From Welwitschia mirabilis (taxonomy: Eukaryota): DNA of 35,832 nt. Each line of letters starts with the position of its first letter. The first letter of the stretch is position 1. Shown piece by piece: positions 11,900 through 25,992 of this stretch. The translations under genes were made by a program, and so were the position numbers. The stretch is taken from the NCBI GenBank assembly GCA_051453625.1, contig JBOZIK010000001.1:26177372-26213203 (forward strand), read 5' to 3'. The notes below the pieces were generated by a model. The model searched no databases and was not told where the DNA came from. It saw only the letters and a list, made by a program, of their open reading frames with translations.

Positions 11900-14800
11900 T
11901 TAAATGATGTGGTTGAAGCATCTTATAAGCTCATCTATTTTTAACTTAAATACCTTATTATTTTATCCTATTATGCATGGGAATTCAAGAAGTGAGTTAG
12001 TCTATGTAATGGAAATATGACTTTGTATATCTCTAATGAATGTGTTATTTCACTTCCAAATAAGGTTGCACATGCTTGGGATAGTATGAAAGTTAGGACA
12101 TATATCTGAGATACTTTTATTGTATTATTAAATTTTCTTATCTTTGACTTCATTTATGAATAAATGAAATTTTAAATTTTATTTTTTGGATTTATGGTGA
12201 AGTGTATTGTATTTTTCAATTAATCAATAATATTATATTTATAATTTTACAATTTTTCTTTGAGTTTATAAGTGTTAAGACTTTATTGTTATTTTTCAAA
12301 AATATTTAAAAATCTTGCCTTCAATTAGAAAATAGGCCTAACTATTTGAGGGATCCTTATTTTTTATTAAAATGAACTAGATAGAATATCTTCCTTTATT
12401 CAAAGTATGAATTACCACATTAAAGAGAGATGTATTAGTTTAAAAGTTGCTTTGTAGTCCAAATGTTAAGATATAAATTTTCTTATTATGATTTGGGAAT
12501 GTCATAAATAAATATCTTTGATGTTTAGAAATATTTCATACATGTAAATAATTATTGAAAATAGACAGATAAAAGTCATCTTTTTTATAGTAATATTACC
12601 ATTATTAGCTTTTACTTTAATCAAAAGATAGATCATGAATGTTATATCTCTGACATAATCTAAATCATAATTATTATTTTGGATTCATTTTCCAAGATAT
12701 AAATTTATTAAGGTAGTTTGCCTTTAATGCTTATTAATAGAAGTTTTAAATTAAATATTAAGATTAAATCACATATATTATTTTATGAATTTTTATACTA
12801 AGATGCAAACAATAAAATGGGATCATTCTTTAGAAGGGGAAAACTCATGAGTTTATTATTCTTAGGTGGTAATATATATAACATAAATGATTTATTCATG
12901 TGCATATATTTATGGGAAGTGATGGCTGATTCCAAATAAAATTTTGCATATAAAGATTAATAAACTCAAGTATACATATAACATAAACAACATCTGCATA
13001 TAAGCTTAAAAATGCCCATAGAATAGAACATGGAAAGAACCAAAATTAAAAATAAAAATGACTAATTAATGATGGCTATCTACATTAGAGTTTGGATGAA
13101 AAGGTAGATGCCTATAGGAAACTAAATGGTTAACCATCCAATTCTTTAAAACTTATAAATGAATCTTCTTTTCTTAGGATTTAATGTAGAAAATAACATG
13201 ATAAGTAACATAAACATTCTTAATATAAAAGAATCTATATGAGTATTTTTTTTTTAAAATGAAATACTATATTAAGATGATGTTTTCACATTTGATATAA
13301 AATAATAGAAAAAATGTATTCCTGTAAAAAAGATGAGGAGAAAGTATACGAGTCATATTATTAAAGAAAATATCCTTTCAATATGAATTAAAACCTTATA
13401 GAGCTTTAGAAAATTACAACCAAATAGAAGTTGCATATTTGCATTTTTAAAAAATATCTAAAAAACCTTTTCTGAAAGCCACTAACAAAGAAAACTATTA
13501 GAGAAAATGAGGTAAACAAAGTCTGAAAGAAATTACATAATGTAAGATATACTAAAGAAAATTTTTTACTTTAGGAATACCTAGAAATTTCCAAATTAAA
13601 TAAAAATTAAATTTCTAAATACATTCTAAGTCAACCACATTTCATTGATGATTACATTAAGGGAAAGAACATGAGAAAAGTAGAGCAAATTTCTATGCAT
13701 ATATTTATAGATTATATGTGGTAATATTTATTTGGCCCTAAATCAAGTAGTATGTAGTTTACATTATTAAATTTTATAAAATTACTTTTATTTAAATCAT
13801 ATAATATGTTTAATTTCATGGGATGTAATTTTTTTTAAGATCGAACCATAAGGAAACCTAGATAACTTGTTAAGGTCACTTTTAACTAAGAATAATTCAA
13901 GGACCATATGTTAAAACATAAGATATGTATATATTTTCATAATTTCTCAATGAAACATAGTTTTACAAATATATAATTTCACAAATTTACTTCAAATCAA
14001 CTAAATGATTTAAAAAAAGACAACAACGAATACTATCCAGTAATAAATTAGCTCAATTATAGTGTGTTTTCTTTATTAAGGTTGATAGAATCCATAGATG
14101 ATAAAGATGAAAACAATCATCATTCCAAAAATGATATGGATGATGATGATAAAAAAAATAAAACATATTAAAAACATGATGAAATATTTTATTCCAAAAA
14201 TAAATTTTTTGTTAACCAAAATGAAGAATTAACATAAAGAGGTTATATAAAAAATAATTTATTTAAATGCAAAAATTGAACTACCACAAAAGGTTAGAGT
14301 CCTAAAGTGGACATGTTGGTCTATGAGTTACATCCATGTTTTTAAGACACCATGAACATATGATTTAATGTTTTATGTATAAATCATAAGCAAGACCTAG
14401 AAATTTTATGGTTATCTCCTAGGCTACACCCATGAGTTTTTAGCTACCCAAGTGAATGAATAATTTTTATGAGTATGATACAGTTTTTAGTCAAATAACT
14501 TCTTAAAAAAAAAAAACAACATTAAAGGTAATTTTTTAAATATTTGTGTAATTATTTTTGAAGATCTAAAAGAAGTGGATAAAAATTTAATTTAAAACAT
14601 TGATAATTAGTAGAAGAAAAAATTCATATTAAAAATAACCTAGTTTAAAGGCATATAAGATAAATTATAAAGGAAATAAATCTTGACATATCATTATCAT
14701 ATTTAAAGATGCATAATAAAAAGAGAAAATTTAAAATAATCAAAGCAATCTTAAATATGCTTGAAAAATAAAAAAGTAAGAATCTGGATAATTGAATATC

Positions 14801-15290
14801 ATAATAAAATAAGCATGCAAAGAAAACATAAGAGTGGAAAAAAATAAAATAAATTAGAGAAAAAGGAAACATTTATTTTTGAATGAAAAATATATCATAA
14901 TTATTAAATATCATACAAAATAGGCTTATCAAGCACTTTAATATAGATTTTTAAACATTGATGGATCTATAGAAGATAATGTTCCGAGTCTTTATATCAT
15001 TTCAATTAATAGATATTATGTTTTTGTTATTATAAAAACTTAAAATAATAAAGGACCTTCAAAATTATCAATATTTATTTTTAACATTAGTTTTTTTAAT
15101 AATAATTAAAAATAAAATATAAGGTAGTCCATCTAGAGATCTATCTATTTTAATTCATAATAGCTAAAGTTAAAAAAATGAATTGAAAAGGAAAATGAGA
15201 ATAATCAATACATTGCACTTAAAATCAAACACAAAAAGTTGCTTCATACTTAGCTTTCTATTAATTTAGTCTAAAAGAAGCTATCTTATA
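11900..15290 (+). pseudogene. Highly eroded L1 ORF2 fragments ending in an RNase H-like domain
   Basis: A GDPL-like trace at about 12348 and FLGG at about 12859 are weak. FLNIDGS at about 14949-14969 and KVASYLA at about 15235-15255 are better (cf. KLNxDGS ... NxVADxLA of plant L1 RNase H). May be more than one element. Confidence 0.4.
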
Positions 15291-15484
15291 TAATAAATAA
15301 GGCCTTTTACAAGACCATTCATTTTAATACCTAAGTAAAAATGTTATTAATTTCTCTCCTCTATGAAGAATTCAATTGTAGAATTAGTGATAACTAGGTC
15401 TAAATTATCAATTACGACTTTCAATGATTTTCAAATTGTAAATTAAATATCGAACGGGATAGATCTTCATAAGATTAAGTATTT

Positions 15485-15571
15485 ATAGATCCATTTATTA
15501 TTAATGGAAAGAAAACAATACTACAATAGGAATAAGAGATAGATCCATTTATTGTTAATGGAATGAAAACA
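15485..15571 (+). repeat. 33-bp direct repeat, 54 bp apart
   Basis: atagatccatttattattaatggaaagaaaaca (15485) versus atagatccatttattgttaatggaatgaaaaca (15539), 2 mismatches. Confidence 0.85.
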
Positions 15572-15716
15572 TTTTCAAACTCTAATGCTTTTGCTTAAAG
15601 TGGTCCTCAAGTATGTTCAAGTATTTATAGATTAATTAATAATCTAATAAACTTTTACGTTTTTTATATTCTAAAGTAGGTAAGAATTTAATCATATATT
15701 TTCATTGATCTTTTCA

Positions 15717-15806
15717 TTTTTTTTTTTTTGGTCAAAAGACTTTTTCAAGAATCAAACTCACAACCATAAAGACATAGAATTATAACTCTACAATGAGGAT
15801 GTTGTT
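15717..15806 (-). pseudogene. tRNA-derived retrocopy or short SINE with poly(A) tail
   Basis: The minus strand reads CTCATTGTAGAG (A-box-like), 19 nt, TGGTT-GTG-AGTTTGATTC (variable loop plus B-box-like), which is tRNA spacing. It then ends ...GACC followed by A13 (T run 15717-15729). Confidence 0.5.
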
Positions 15807-16099
15807 TCAGAGACATCTCTATTTTTATTACTATAATTTATTTTTATCATTTTAAATAAAAAATTTAAATTTTTATATAAAATAATAAAAACATTAGAGT
15901 AGCTCAAGATTTCTAGAGTGTAATTAATGATTTGATAGCTTTGATCTCATATAAGCATACCCTCACTCTACTTAAATAATAGTTTAGTTATGTTTCTATT
16001 AATAAGTTAATAGCATGTACTAATGACAAAATCATAATTGTAACCTCTTGATTGACTATGATGTTAAATCTAGACTTTAGCATCATCATAAATGGAGAT

Positions 16100-16660
16100 T
16101 CTTTAATCACTATTATGTCTAAAGGATTTTCCCAATGGATTAATAAGCACTATGTTGTTATTATTATTCAAAAGATTCTTTGATATGGAGAAAGATTCCT
16201 TTTAAATAAAATCTAAAGATGTTACAATAAAAAATTTCTAGAAAAGGAGGATTTTAAGGTAATTTGCTTCACGATGGATACTTTCTAGTAATTATTTGAA
16301 ATCCTTACTTGAATAAATGAATTTAAAGAAATGTATTATTATGTTTGAATCTTAAATATTTATTAGAGATTTGAAGTCAAATTTCATTTAGATAGATGGC
16401 TAATGTAGTAGGAATTCTTATTAAATTTAATAAACCAATAGAAACTGATATCAAAATTAGTACAAATTACATCTATGTTTATATAAATCCTAGAAAGTTT
16501 TGGTTTCAAAAATTATGTTTAAAGAATAAATGAGGAAAATCAATTTTCAAAATCAAGTTTGAAAATAATCCTATTACTTGTGTTCATTATATATTAAAAG
16601 AAATCCTTTAAATTCTTGCAAATCCATTAAAAATGTTTATTCTAATCATAAGAAATGTCT
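16100..16660 (+). pseudogene. L1 LINE ORF1 remnant (DUF4283-type plus zinc knuckle)
   Basis: HDGYFLV (about 16270-16290), FHLDRW (about 16383-16399) and KIKFENNPITCVHY (about 16549-16590; cf. YENLPxFCxHC). Confidence 0.65.
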
Positions 16661-18249
16661 AACTTATAAGAAAACAAATAATAAGCAAAGAAATAAGAAT
16701 ATTAGAAAAATAAATTAACTAAAATATGTTTTAGTATCCAAGAATTTCATAAGAAAAAACATTTTTGATGCCCTTATAAAGAATCTATAAGAGAAAGACA
16801 TAAAAATGAAGAGAAAAATGTGTATTATAATGATAATAATGAATAAAGAAATGATAAAAAAATTACTTATTACTTATAGATAATAATAATGAATCTAAAG
16901 ATAATAAAGACAAAATCAATGATCACAATGCCACCCATCTAAGGGCATTTAGACCACTATCACTGCATCTAATATGAATGGATTACAAAATTTAAAGATG
17001 AAAAACTATAGAAAAGTGGAGAAATAATTTATGAGAAAACTAGAGTCCAAGCACAATTAGATAGAAAAAGACTTTAATGTTTGATTTGATAACTTACTTA
17101 TTCCTACTAAGAGAGATATTTAGAAAATTCTTAAAGATCAAAGAGAAATCGATCTTGAGGACTATCATGTTATATCCAAATAACTAGTATATAAAATATA
17201 CCCATAAAAAGTAGATATATTTTAAAAGATATTTTGAGAAACATTTTTGTTTTTCTAGCCCCATTATTTTAGGTATGCCTTGTCAATTTTCCCTTATTTC
17301 TTTACTCTTATATTCCTTCTTGATTTTAGGGTTTTACTATTGAGGTATACCTCATCAAATTTCCCTTCTTGACTCCCCTTCTAACTTTTCTGTTAGTCCT
17401 CTTCTTGAGTTTTATTTCTAGACTTTATGTCTAATAATTAGATGTTGTTATTTTCATGTTATATATAAATTATCATTTCACAAAAAAATCAAAAGTAAAT
17501 TCTAATTTTTAATTCAAAGTACCAATAGTATGGGATTCTTCTATAAATATTTTAAAATGTTTATTTGCTATTACTTAGCATGTGGCAACATAGTACGAAG
17601 AAAATGATAGTTATTTGATGATAAATGCAAAGAAGAAAGAATGATGCTTAAGTATTAAAAAAAGGTTAATAGAATAAATCAAATCCTACAATAATCTAAT
17701 CCAAGAAAAGATAATTTATCTAAAATTGAAATTGAAACTAGAACTAAAATTTCATTACACTTAGATAGACTAACAGATCTATTAGATCATTTAAATAGTA
17801 TAAAGTACATTAGTATTAGTATTTCTAAAGTGCCTTAAATATTGCTAATATTCATGCAATTTGAAAATATCTTCAAAATAATATCCACTATAAGTAGTGA
17901 TTACATAAATAACTCATATAGATTCTTACTCATGACATACCATTTGAGTTTAAAAAATTTAATGCCATAACACTCCAATAAAATATGATGCTCATATTCT
18001 TATACTTGTAATAGGAAAGGCCAATATACTTGATCCTCTTGTTGAATATGATCCCATCTTCTAGTTTTAACTCTATGATAATGAGATCACATACTTACTC
18101 TATTGATTAGATTTCTTGTTTATAATGATATTGCTATAGATAGATACACCACTTTCTCCTCAAGCTTTCTTTCTCAAATGCTTTTATAATAGAACCAAAG
18201 TATCTTTTTATCTCTAGATATCTTCTACCATTGTTTAATGAATTTTGTT

Positions 18250-21080
18250 TTCATGATATTATGAAACATTTCTAGGCTCTCTAGTTATATAGTGATCCTT
18301 AGTTCCCTAGTCTTATAGCCACAATGTTTTTTACTAAGCCATTCCTTTCTTGATCAATTTCCAATACCTCACTTGAAAACTTTATTTGTTACTAGGTTAA
18401 ATATTTTGATAAAAGATCATAAATTGACATATTATCTCAACTTCCAAAGGGAACACACTAGCCTATAGTAATGAAATTTCATATGGTACTTGAGTTTTAA
18501 CCTTATGTTTATCTATCAAAAGTTGTTTTTAAATTTTATTTATTTTCTTTCATAAATATTTGACAAGGCTTAAGCTCCATAATATGCATCCATATAAAAT
18601 TACTGGTTGTATAATTATGTGAGATAATTACTTTTATACCTTTCATGACCGACTATTCACTTTTCTAAATTTTCTCTTGATAGCATAAAGATACTTATTA
18701 GTAATTCTTTGTTACACATATTAATTCCATTTATAGTTTTGCGAACGTTTCAATTCTAGGTATTTGTATAAATAAAAATATCAATTTATTTATTATTTAG
18801 CTAGAACTATACCTTCTCTTAATTTTCTACATATAAGGAGTTTTGTTTTATCAACACTTACCTTCATCCTTGAGTGCTGAAAAAACCTTTTAATACTTTC
18901 AACATAGTTTTAAGTTCTTCATTACATATTGTAATGAGTGCTATATAATCTACAAAAATTAAAAGATGTAGCATTTTTTGGTCTACTTTCATTACATACA
19001 TTTCTTGTAGTTGTTGCATCCATATTTTTAATGCATCCATAAAAATTCCAAATAAAGTTAGTGATAGGACAATCTTCCTTCACTACTATGTTATTATAAA
19101 ACCTACAAGATTATTGAGCATTTATGCTTCTTAATTCAACCATTATTTTTACATGTAATCTTTGTATAATAGTCAATAAATTAGAGATAATATTAAGATT
19201 AAAAAAATCTACTTTATACTTTATCTCCAATAACTAAATCATAAGATTTTGTAAAGTCAAGAAAACATATAAAGTAACTTTTGTGTTACTCATTTACTTC
19301 ATTCATATAAAACTTAAGGATACGCTAACAATCCATTACAGAGTACTTCATTTGGAATCCCACTTAACAAAATGCACATAAAATAATTATCTTCTACTTA
19401 CTTCCATAACTTCTTCTTCAAGACAATGCATAATACTTTAGAAAGTAAATTGCTAAGCATGATCAGCCTATAGTTATAAAAGTTTAACTTGTCATTTTTG
19501 TTTAAAAAAATAATAACTCTACTAATCATTAATTACCTATCAAGTTCATTATTAAGTCCATCATTTAATCTTTTTCATGTTTCTTTCCACACTAGTTGAC
19601 CACTCCATTTTACTAATATAGTCTATAGTCCTTTTGATTAATGATATTTTAGTACTTAATTTATTAATTCCATTTCTCATGTAAAATTATTTATATTCCA
19701 TTTAAATTCATATGTTTATCTTTTTGACCTACCTCATGATGAAAAAAGTTTTTATAAAGTCCTTAGACTTCTAGAAAAGGAATAATATTACTAAATACAT
19801 TTCTATTGTAAAACAACTTTTAGATATTTCATGGATGTTCTTTTATCATCTCTAATAGACAACCTTGACATTCTTTCACAAGCAACATTTTCTAATTGTA
19901 GATAAGCCTTTGTAATTTTTAATCACATACTTATTTTTATTACATTCTTTAATGGATAATCTTGCTTATAATCATTCNNNNNNNNNNNNNNNNNNNNNNN
20001 NNNNNNNNNNNNNNNNNNNNNNNNNNNNNNNNNNNNNNNNNNNNNNNNNNNNNNNNNNNNNNNNNNNNNNNNNNNNNCATAAAACCAAATTTTCTTATCC
20101 AGAGATCTCTTACAATTAATTACTTTCTGTGCTTCATGCTTAATTATCATTTGTAATGTTATGCTAGCTTCTTACTTTTTCAATACTTTTGTACCTCTTG
20201 CCAAAAATCTTCCTAATGTTGCATATAAATTTATTTAAATTTATTATTATTCTACATCTTCTAATTAATGCTTTCTTTAATTTTGAATTTTAACTGTAAT
20301 TTTGGTAATTGATCTATAACTTTAAAATCACTAATACATGAAAACATGTGGGGTATCCTTAGTAATAACTTAATAGAATAATGTCCTTTTGGTATAAAAA
20401 ATGTAATATTTTCTTACAAAATATTTTCATCCCATTTACAAATAGAAATTCCTATTCTTATTTCCATTCTAAACATTTTCTTGCCATTAAATTTACTTTA
20501 ACATCTAGTGAGAATCTCTTCAAGCCATTATTATTTTGCTATTAACCTTTCATATCAAATCATACTTGGTTATCTTATCATTGTATAATATCACCTTGCC
20601 TTAATCTAATACTTTCATTGAAATCATCACTTGCAAATGCATTTCCTTTTATTTTAAACTTTATTACATACTTTACTAAATATTGAAAGGTTTATTATTT
20701 TAACACCCTAGATCTATTATAATATGTTGCTTCTATTGGAGGAAACTAGGTAAATTCAAGGAATATAGAAACTTTATATTTTGTAATCCTTAACTAAAGA
20801 AACTGCTTATGTTCATCAATGTTTTTTACATTAACTAAGTTATGTAGCTATTTCCTAATAATACAAGACACACTTACTAAGGATCTTTCCTTCTTTGTCA
20901 CTCTTTCACTTTTTAATGATGTCTTAAAAAATCATGTATCTTAAAGTTCTTATATTTTTTCTCTTTCCTAAGTTTCTACAAACCCAAAAATATTAAAGGT
21001 CTTGAAATATTAAATACTATACAAGGTTTTAAATTTGACTATAAATATTCCTTTAATATCTAATAATCTACAATGCAAGG
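18250..21080 (-). mobile_element. Non-L1 LINE (RTE/RTEX/L2-like) ORF2: APE endonuclease + reverse transcriptase, degenerate
   Basis: Endonuclease: FNIFGFVET (about 20998-20972), FPP (about 20746) and DDFNES (about 20628). RT: NYRLIMLSNLLSKV (about 19475), GFQMKYSVMD, FLDFTKSYDLV (19264-19232), EDCP../TLFGIFMDAL (about 19075-19030), HLLIFVDYIAL (18968-18936) and YKYL (about 18769). All collinear over about 2.8 kb. Confidence 0.85.
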
Positions 21081-21826
21081 ATCCAATTTATTAAAGAAAT
21101 ATTATTAAATTTATTGTATCTACTTAAAAAAACTAATAAATTCTTTTGAATAGATAACATATGAAATACAATTTTATCTTTTTGAGATACTTAGAATTTT
21201 TATGAAGAGTTATTTAAGAATAATATTGGAATAAAATTCTTTAAAACCTTGATAGAAAATTATCTATTTTATTAAAAAAAAAGAATACATAGACCAGCTT
21301 TAGAAAACATGAAAGATTAAGAAGGCTTATCTAAGGAGATTTAAAAGCAGGATGGATTTCTTACATTTTAAAATAATTTAAGATTTAAAAAATAGTAAAT
21401 CATGCATCAAATTTTGAGATAAACAAAAATGATAAATTAATAGGACTCATATGTTATCTAATAAGTAAAATAAATTAAATTGAAATAATTATAAATTAAT
21501 TGAAGTCAACAATATTTTTTGAAAACTTCTCAAAAATATTAGTAAAGTAAAGATTGATATATGGACAAAGGAAAATAAACCTAAGGAAATTTATCAAGTA
21601 AGATTTTAAAAATATCATTCTACAATTAACCATCTTATCACTTTAAGGCATTTTATTTAAAAAGGTAAAGGGTCAAAGAGAAATACATTCATTTATCTTA
21701 TGAATTTTTCTAAACAATGTTGTTCTTTTTTTCCTTAATCTTTTTCAAATTTTTATTGGAATTAGGGGCTTAGACAAATAATGTATTCCTTAATAATTAT
21801 ATACAAATGAAAAACTATCTTCTCAA

Positions 21827-22254
21827 TGTAATCTTTTAAATTACTGAATTAGTATTAAACTTCTAAGTTTAATAAGGAACATTAGAAATTAAAGAATAAG
21901 TAATTTAATAATAAATTAATTTAGTAGAAATGAAGTACATATTTATTAAAATAGTAGTAGTTTGTCTTATATGCCTTGTTCTAGCCTTGGACTAGTGATC
22001 AAAGACAAAGACATGAGCTCCAACCTTATCTCCACTTCTAGAACCCTTGGGATTCAATCAAGGTTATTGCTAGTTACATTAACTCATTTTAAACACTCTT
22101 ATCTAATGCCATGGCTTTAGAACCAAGATAAAGAAACACAATGTTATAATGCAAGGGTCATACCCTTTGATTACAATAGTAATTATTCTTACATATTATT
22201 TAATTACATTTATAATAATAATTACTTAATTAGAAGTGATTTTATAACATTACA
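21827..22254 (-). repeat. 3' LTR (428 bp)
   Basis: tgtaatc...cattaca, alignable along its length to 26436-26855. A decayed PPT (minus strand gaaattaagttagatgaaa) is adjacent at 22255-22273. Confidence 0.9.
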
Positions 22255-24595
22255 TTTCATCTAACTTAATTTCTTAGCTTGTGCCCACGCGTTAACTTCC
22301 TATTTGATGAAATGGTTACACTTACATCCCTTGGTTATCCATCTTCAGTGTGAAGCATTAATGCCTTAATGGATGGAATGATTTCACTTGAATCCCCTAG
22401 TCATTCATTGATATGAAGATTAATTAAGGGTACCTAAAATAAACATATAATACATATTCATCACATTTTATTAAATAAATAGAGAAATGTCTTATTGCAT
22501 AACTCCCAATGTGTCCATTTTAATAAATACTTTCTTTATGGTTCTTAAAGTTTCTTTATATAAGTGTTTAATATCTCTTTAAGATGGACATCAAGAGTAA
22601 GATTAGGCCTTTATAAAAATGTGCTTTCAATCGAGTGTTTAATTTTAAACTTTATTCTTCATTATAGGACTTCAAAAGAATGACATGGGTTACTAGACGG
22701 AGTCAAAACATCTTGGATGAAAAATCCAAACTATAAGTAAAACCTTCAATTCTTTTTATGATCTATTATAGAAATTGATATTTTATTTTAAGGGTTGACT
22801 AGAATGTGTTTGGTTATAAAATACATTGTACTAATATTAGGCTTCTTACTAGTGCCTTTTTGATCTTGTTGATGAACTCTTCTATTGTCTTATCCTTACA
22901 ACATTATTTCTTCTTTCTTTTAATATCTCTTTATTTGAAGTTTAACCAATTTAATAGAGTTAATTGTTTTCTTCCATACATAGCCTTAAAAGATGAGCAT
23001 TGAATTGGTATCTAGAAGGTCTTCACTTCCAGATGATAAGTGGTACTAAACTCTAGGTAGAAACTTGGGGATCTCTACTTGAAATGATAGCCTATGAGGC
23101 CTTATTAAGTATGAAAACTTTCTAAATAAAATGTAAAGCTAATTACTCTTTATTCCCTTTAAGAATTCATTCTATGAATGAATATGGGACAAATAAGATC
23201 CATCAATGAAAGTTAAATATAATGTTTGAAGGAGGTGATATTTAATTTATGAAATAATAAAGAAGAAAAATCTATAGGAGGCATTACTATTCATTGATAA
23301 ATCAATAAGAAAATAATAAATAAAATCATGTAATTTTAAATCTAAAAGTAATTAAGAAGCAAACCTATGAATAGAGTAGCATGCAGTTGTTTTGCAAGTG
23401 ATACTTGACATTACTATCTTTGAGGTTGATTTTGTATAAAGGAGATATATTTTAGTTATGAAATGGCAATTTCTAGTGACATTTCCTTCTTTCTTACATT
23501 TATAATAGATGATGTTGCTTTTGAATCCATCATAAGGAAGTTAATTTCTAATAAAAATTAGAGATCTTATTTGATTAGGCTTGTTATATATCCATCTATT
23601 GTCTTGTACTTCAAGATAGCACATCATCTTTGTATAAGAATCTTCAATTTATTTGATTTCTAAGGTATGTAGAATGCTTTGGATTTTTATAGGAGTGTGC
23701 TAATAAAACCATTAATAAGGTGCTTCTCTGAGTAATTTTTTTAATACTTCATAAGATGCTGAAATTTTGACCAATGCATCGAATAGGTGCTTTCTTAAAT
23801 GTAGGCATTGAAATTGAAGCATATATTCTATAATAAAGTCATTTAAAATAAAATTTGTTTTAAATTCATCTACAAAAATATCTCAAGTGATTCTAGTATT
23901 AAATTTTCATTAGCATTAAAACTACCATTCTTGTGCATTTTTGATGAGGAAGATAGTAGCATAGATTCATATTATTTTAGATGATGTATTACAAAGGATA
24001 AAGTATTTTTCTATTTTCTAAAGCCATGATATGACTTCCTCACTGGCTTCTACTTTATCATTATAGATTTGCAATTGGATCATTTTTTTAATTGGATTAC
24101 CCTCTGTTTCTTTTGTTTTTAGGTCATTTACTCAATTGAATAGGAATTCTTAAAGATTATATTCCATGTTTAAAATCCTTATTTGTAAACTTTGAAGAGC
24201 AAGATGTCTAGTAAGAGAATTTTGCATAGAAGTGGAAGGTTGTTCTAGTGGTACTTGCACATCATACTCTGTTGGGTGGCTTGATTGTTTTAAGAATAAA
24301 AGGAGTAAGTAAATTTCATTAAAGAGTTCTTGATTCTATAAGCGACCCTTATTTAGTTGGTTCTTAATATTATCTATTTAATAATTTATTCTTTATTCTA
24401 TGACTATCAAATATGATTTGTGCCTCATATTTATGCAATCCCTTTTTTTTTAATTTTACTAACCTTAAATAGATATGCTTTCAAAGGGTATTCTCTAATT
24501 TCCAGGAAAGTTAATTAATATTTGCTAACTATTAAGATTACTTGGTAAATTATGTAATTATTATAACTATTGCAACTACTGAAAGGATGGAAAAC

Positions 24596-25992
24596 TGTAA
24601 CATCAGGCTTGTGGGTAGGCAAGAATGATGTTAGGCCTTGTAGTATGTTATTTAGATGTTAGGCCTAGGAAATACACAAATGTAACATTAGGCCTAAAGA
24701 ATAAGAAAGGATGATGTCAGGCCTAGGATTAGGTTTCTATGATGATAGGCTTAATAAGAAACAAGTATGACATTAGGCCTAGGGATAGGTTTCTATGACA
24801 ATAATCTTATGAAGAGGAAAGTGTATCATCAGGCATGGGGAATAGGAAAGTATGACGTTAGTTTTTATTAGTTAAGTGTAATATCAGATTCTAATTATGA
24901 CATCATACTTCTTTAACCAAGTGTAATGTTAGATTCACTAATTATAATGTTAGGATTTTGTTGGTCAAATATAACATTGGACTTCAACTATAATGTCAAA
25001 TTTCTATAGATACATGAGACATCAATCTTTAGTTGGTTTAGTATCATGTAAGGTCTCTTTGGGGTCAAGTGCAATATTAGACTTTGACTATGATGACATA
25101 CTTTTAATTGATAAGTGCGACATAAACCTCCATGAGTGAAGTATGATATTAAACTCCAACTATAACATTGGATTTGTATGAACAAGTGTGATGTTAGAAT
25201 TTGGTTAACCAAGTGTAATGTTGAACCTCCCTAGATCAAGTATGACATTAGACTCTAATTTTGACATCAAACTTCTATGATTAAGTATGACATCAAACTT
25301 TAATTAATTAAGAATGATGTCAAGCCTTGAGGGAGTTAAGTGTAACATCAGGCTCTAGTTAGCTAAGTGCGATATTAGGTCTTAAGGAATCAAGTGTGAC
25401 ATTGGGCTTTAGTTGATGAAGTACGATGTCAGACCTCTAGGGAGTTAAGTGTAATATTGGAATTTAGTTAGTTAAGTTTGATATTGAACTTCCAAAATTT
25501 AAGTGAAACATTAGGATTTAGTCATCTAATGACTTTTTAGGGCAAATATAACATTAGAGCTGAGGCCCTTCAATTGTGATGTTAAGTTTTCTAAGGCGAC
25601 TATGATGTCAAAGCTGGAGTCGTTCAAGTGTAATGTTGAGTCTTCTGAGCAAATGTAACATCTGAGATGAGGCCTTTCAAGTATGACATCACATTTTCCA
25701 GGCAACTATGACATTGAAGATGGGATTATTCAAGTGTGACATTAAATTTTATGAGAAATTATAACATTAGAGATGAGGCCTATGACTATGATATTGAGTT
25801 TTACCTCCAGGTATAATATTAGAAGTAGGGCCCATAACTATGATGTTAGACCTGTGAACTAAGTGTGATGTTGGATATGAGTCCCTCAAATATGATGTCA
25901 GACTTATATGTAAGTGTAAAGTTATACTTATTTTCTAGCTTCGATATCATAGTTAAGTGAATTTGCTAAACTAAGTCAAGATGATGTTGATT
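24596..25992. repeat. Leader array of about 54 decayed TGACGTCA palindromes, 19-28 bp spacing
   Basis: Manual count of TRYRAYRTYR motifs (tgatgtca, tgacatca, taacatca, tgatgtta, tgacgtta etc.) between gag and PBS. Confidence 0.9.

Noticed and set aside
21150..21780. Further L1 C-terminal fragments (also 17480-17800)
   Set aside because: Only isolated, ambiguous motif traces are visible. Plausible, but not supportable without an HMM search.
24596..25992. CRISPR array (repeat plus variable spacer appearance; also 34390-35832 and 639-1660)
   Set aside because: The repeat core is only 8-13 bp, spacers are themselves periodic paralogues, and there are no cas genes. The arrays lie inside eukaryotic LTR retrotransposons.
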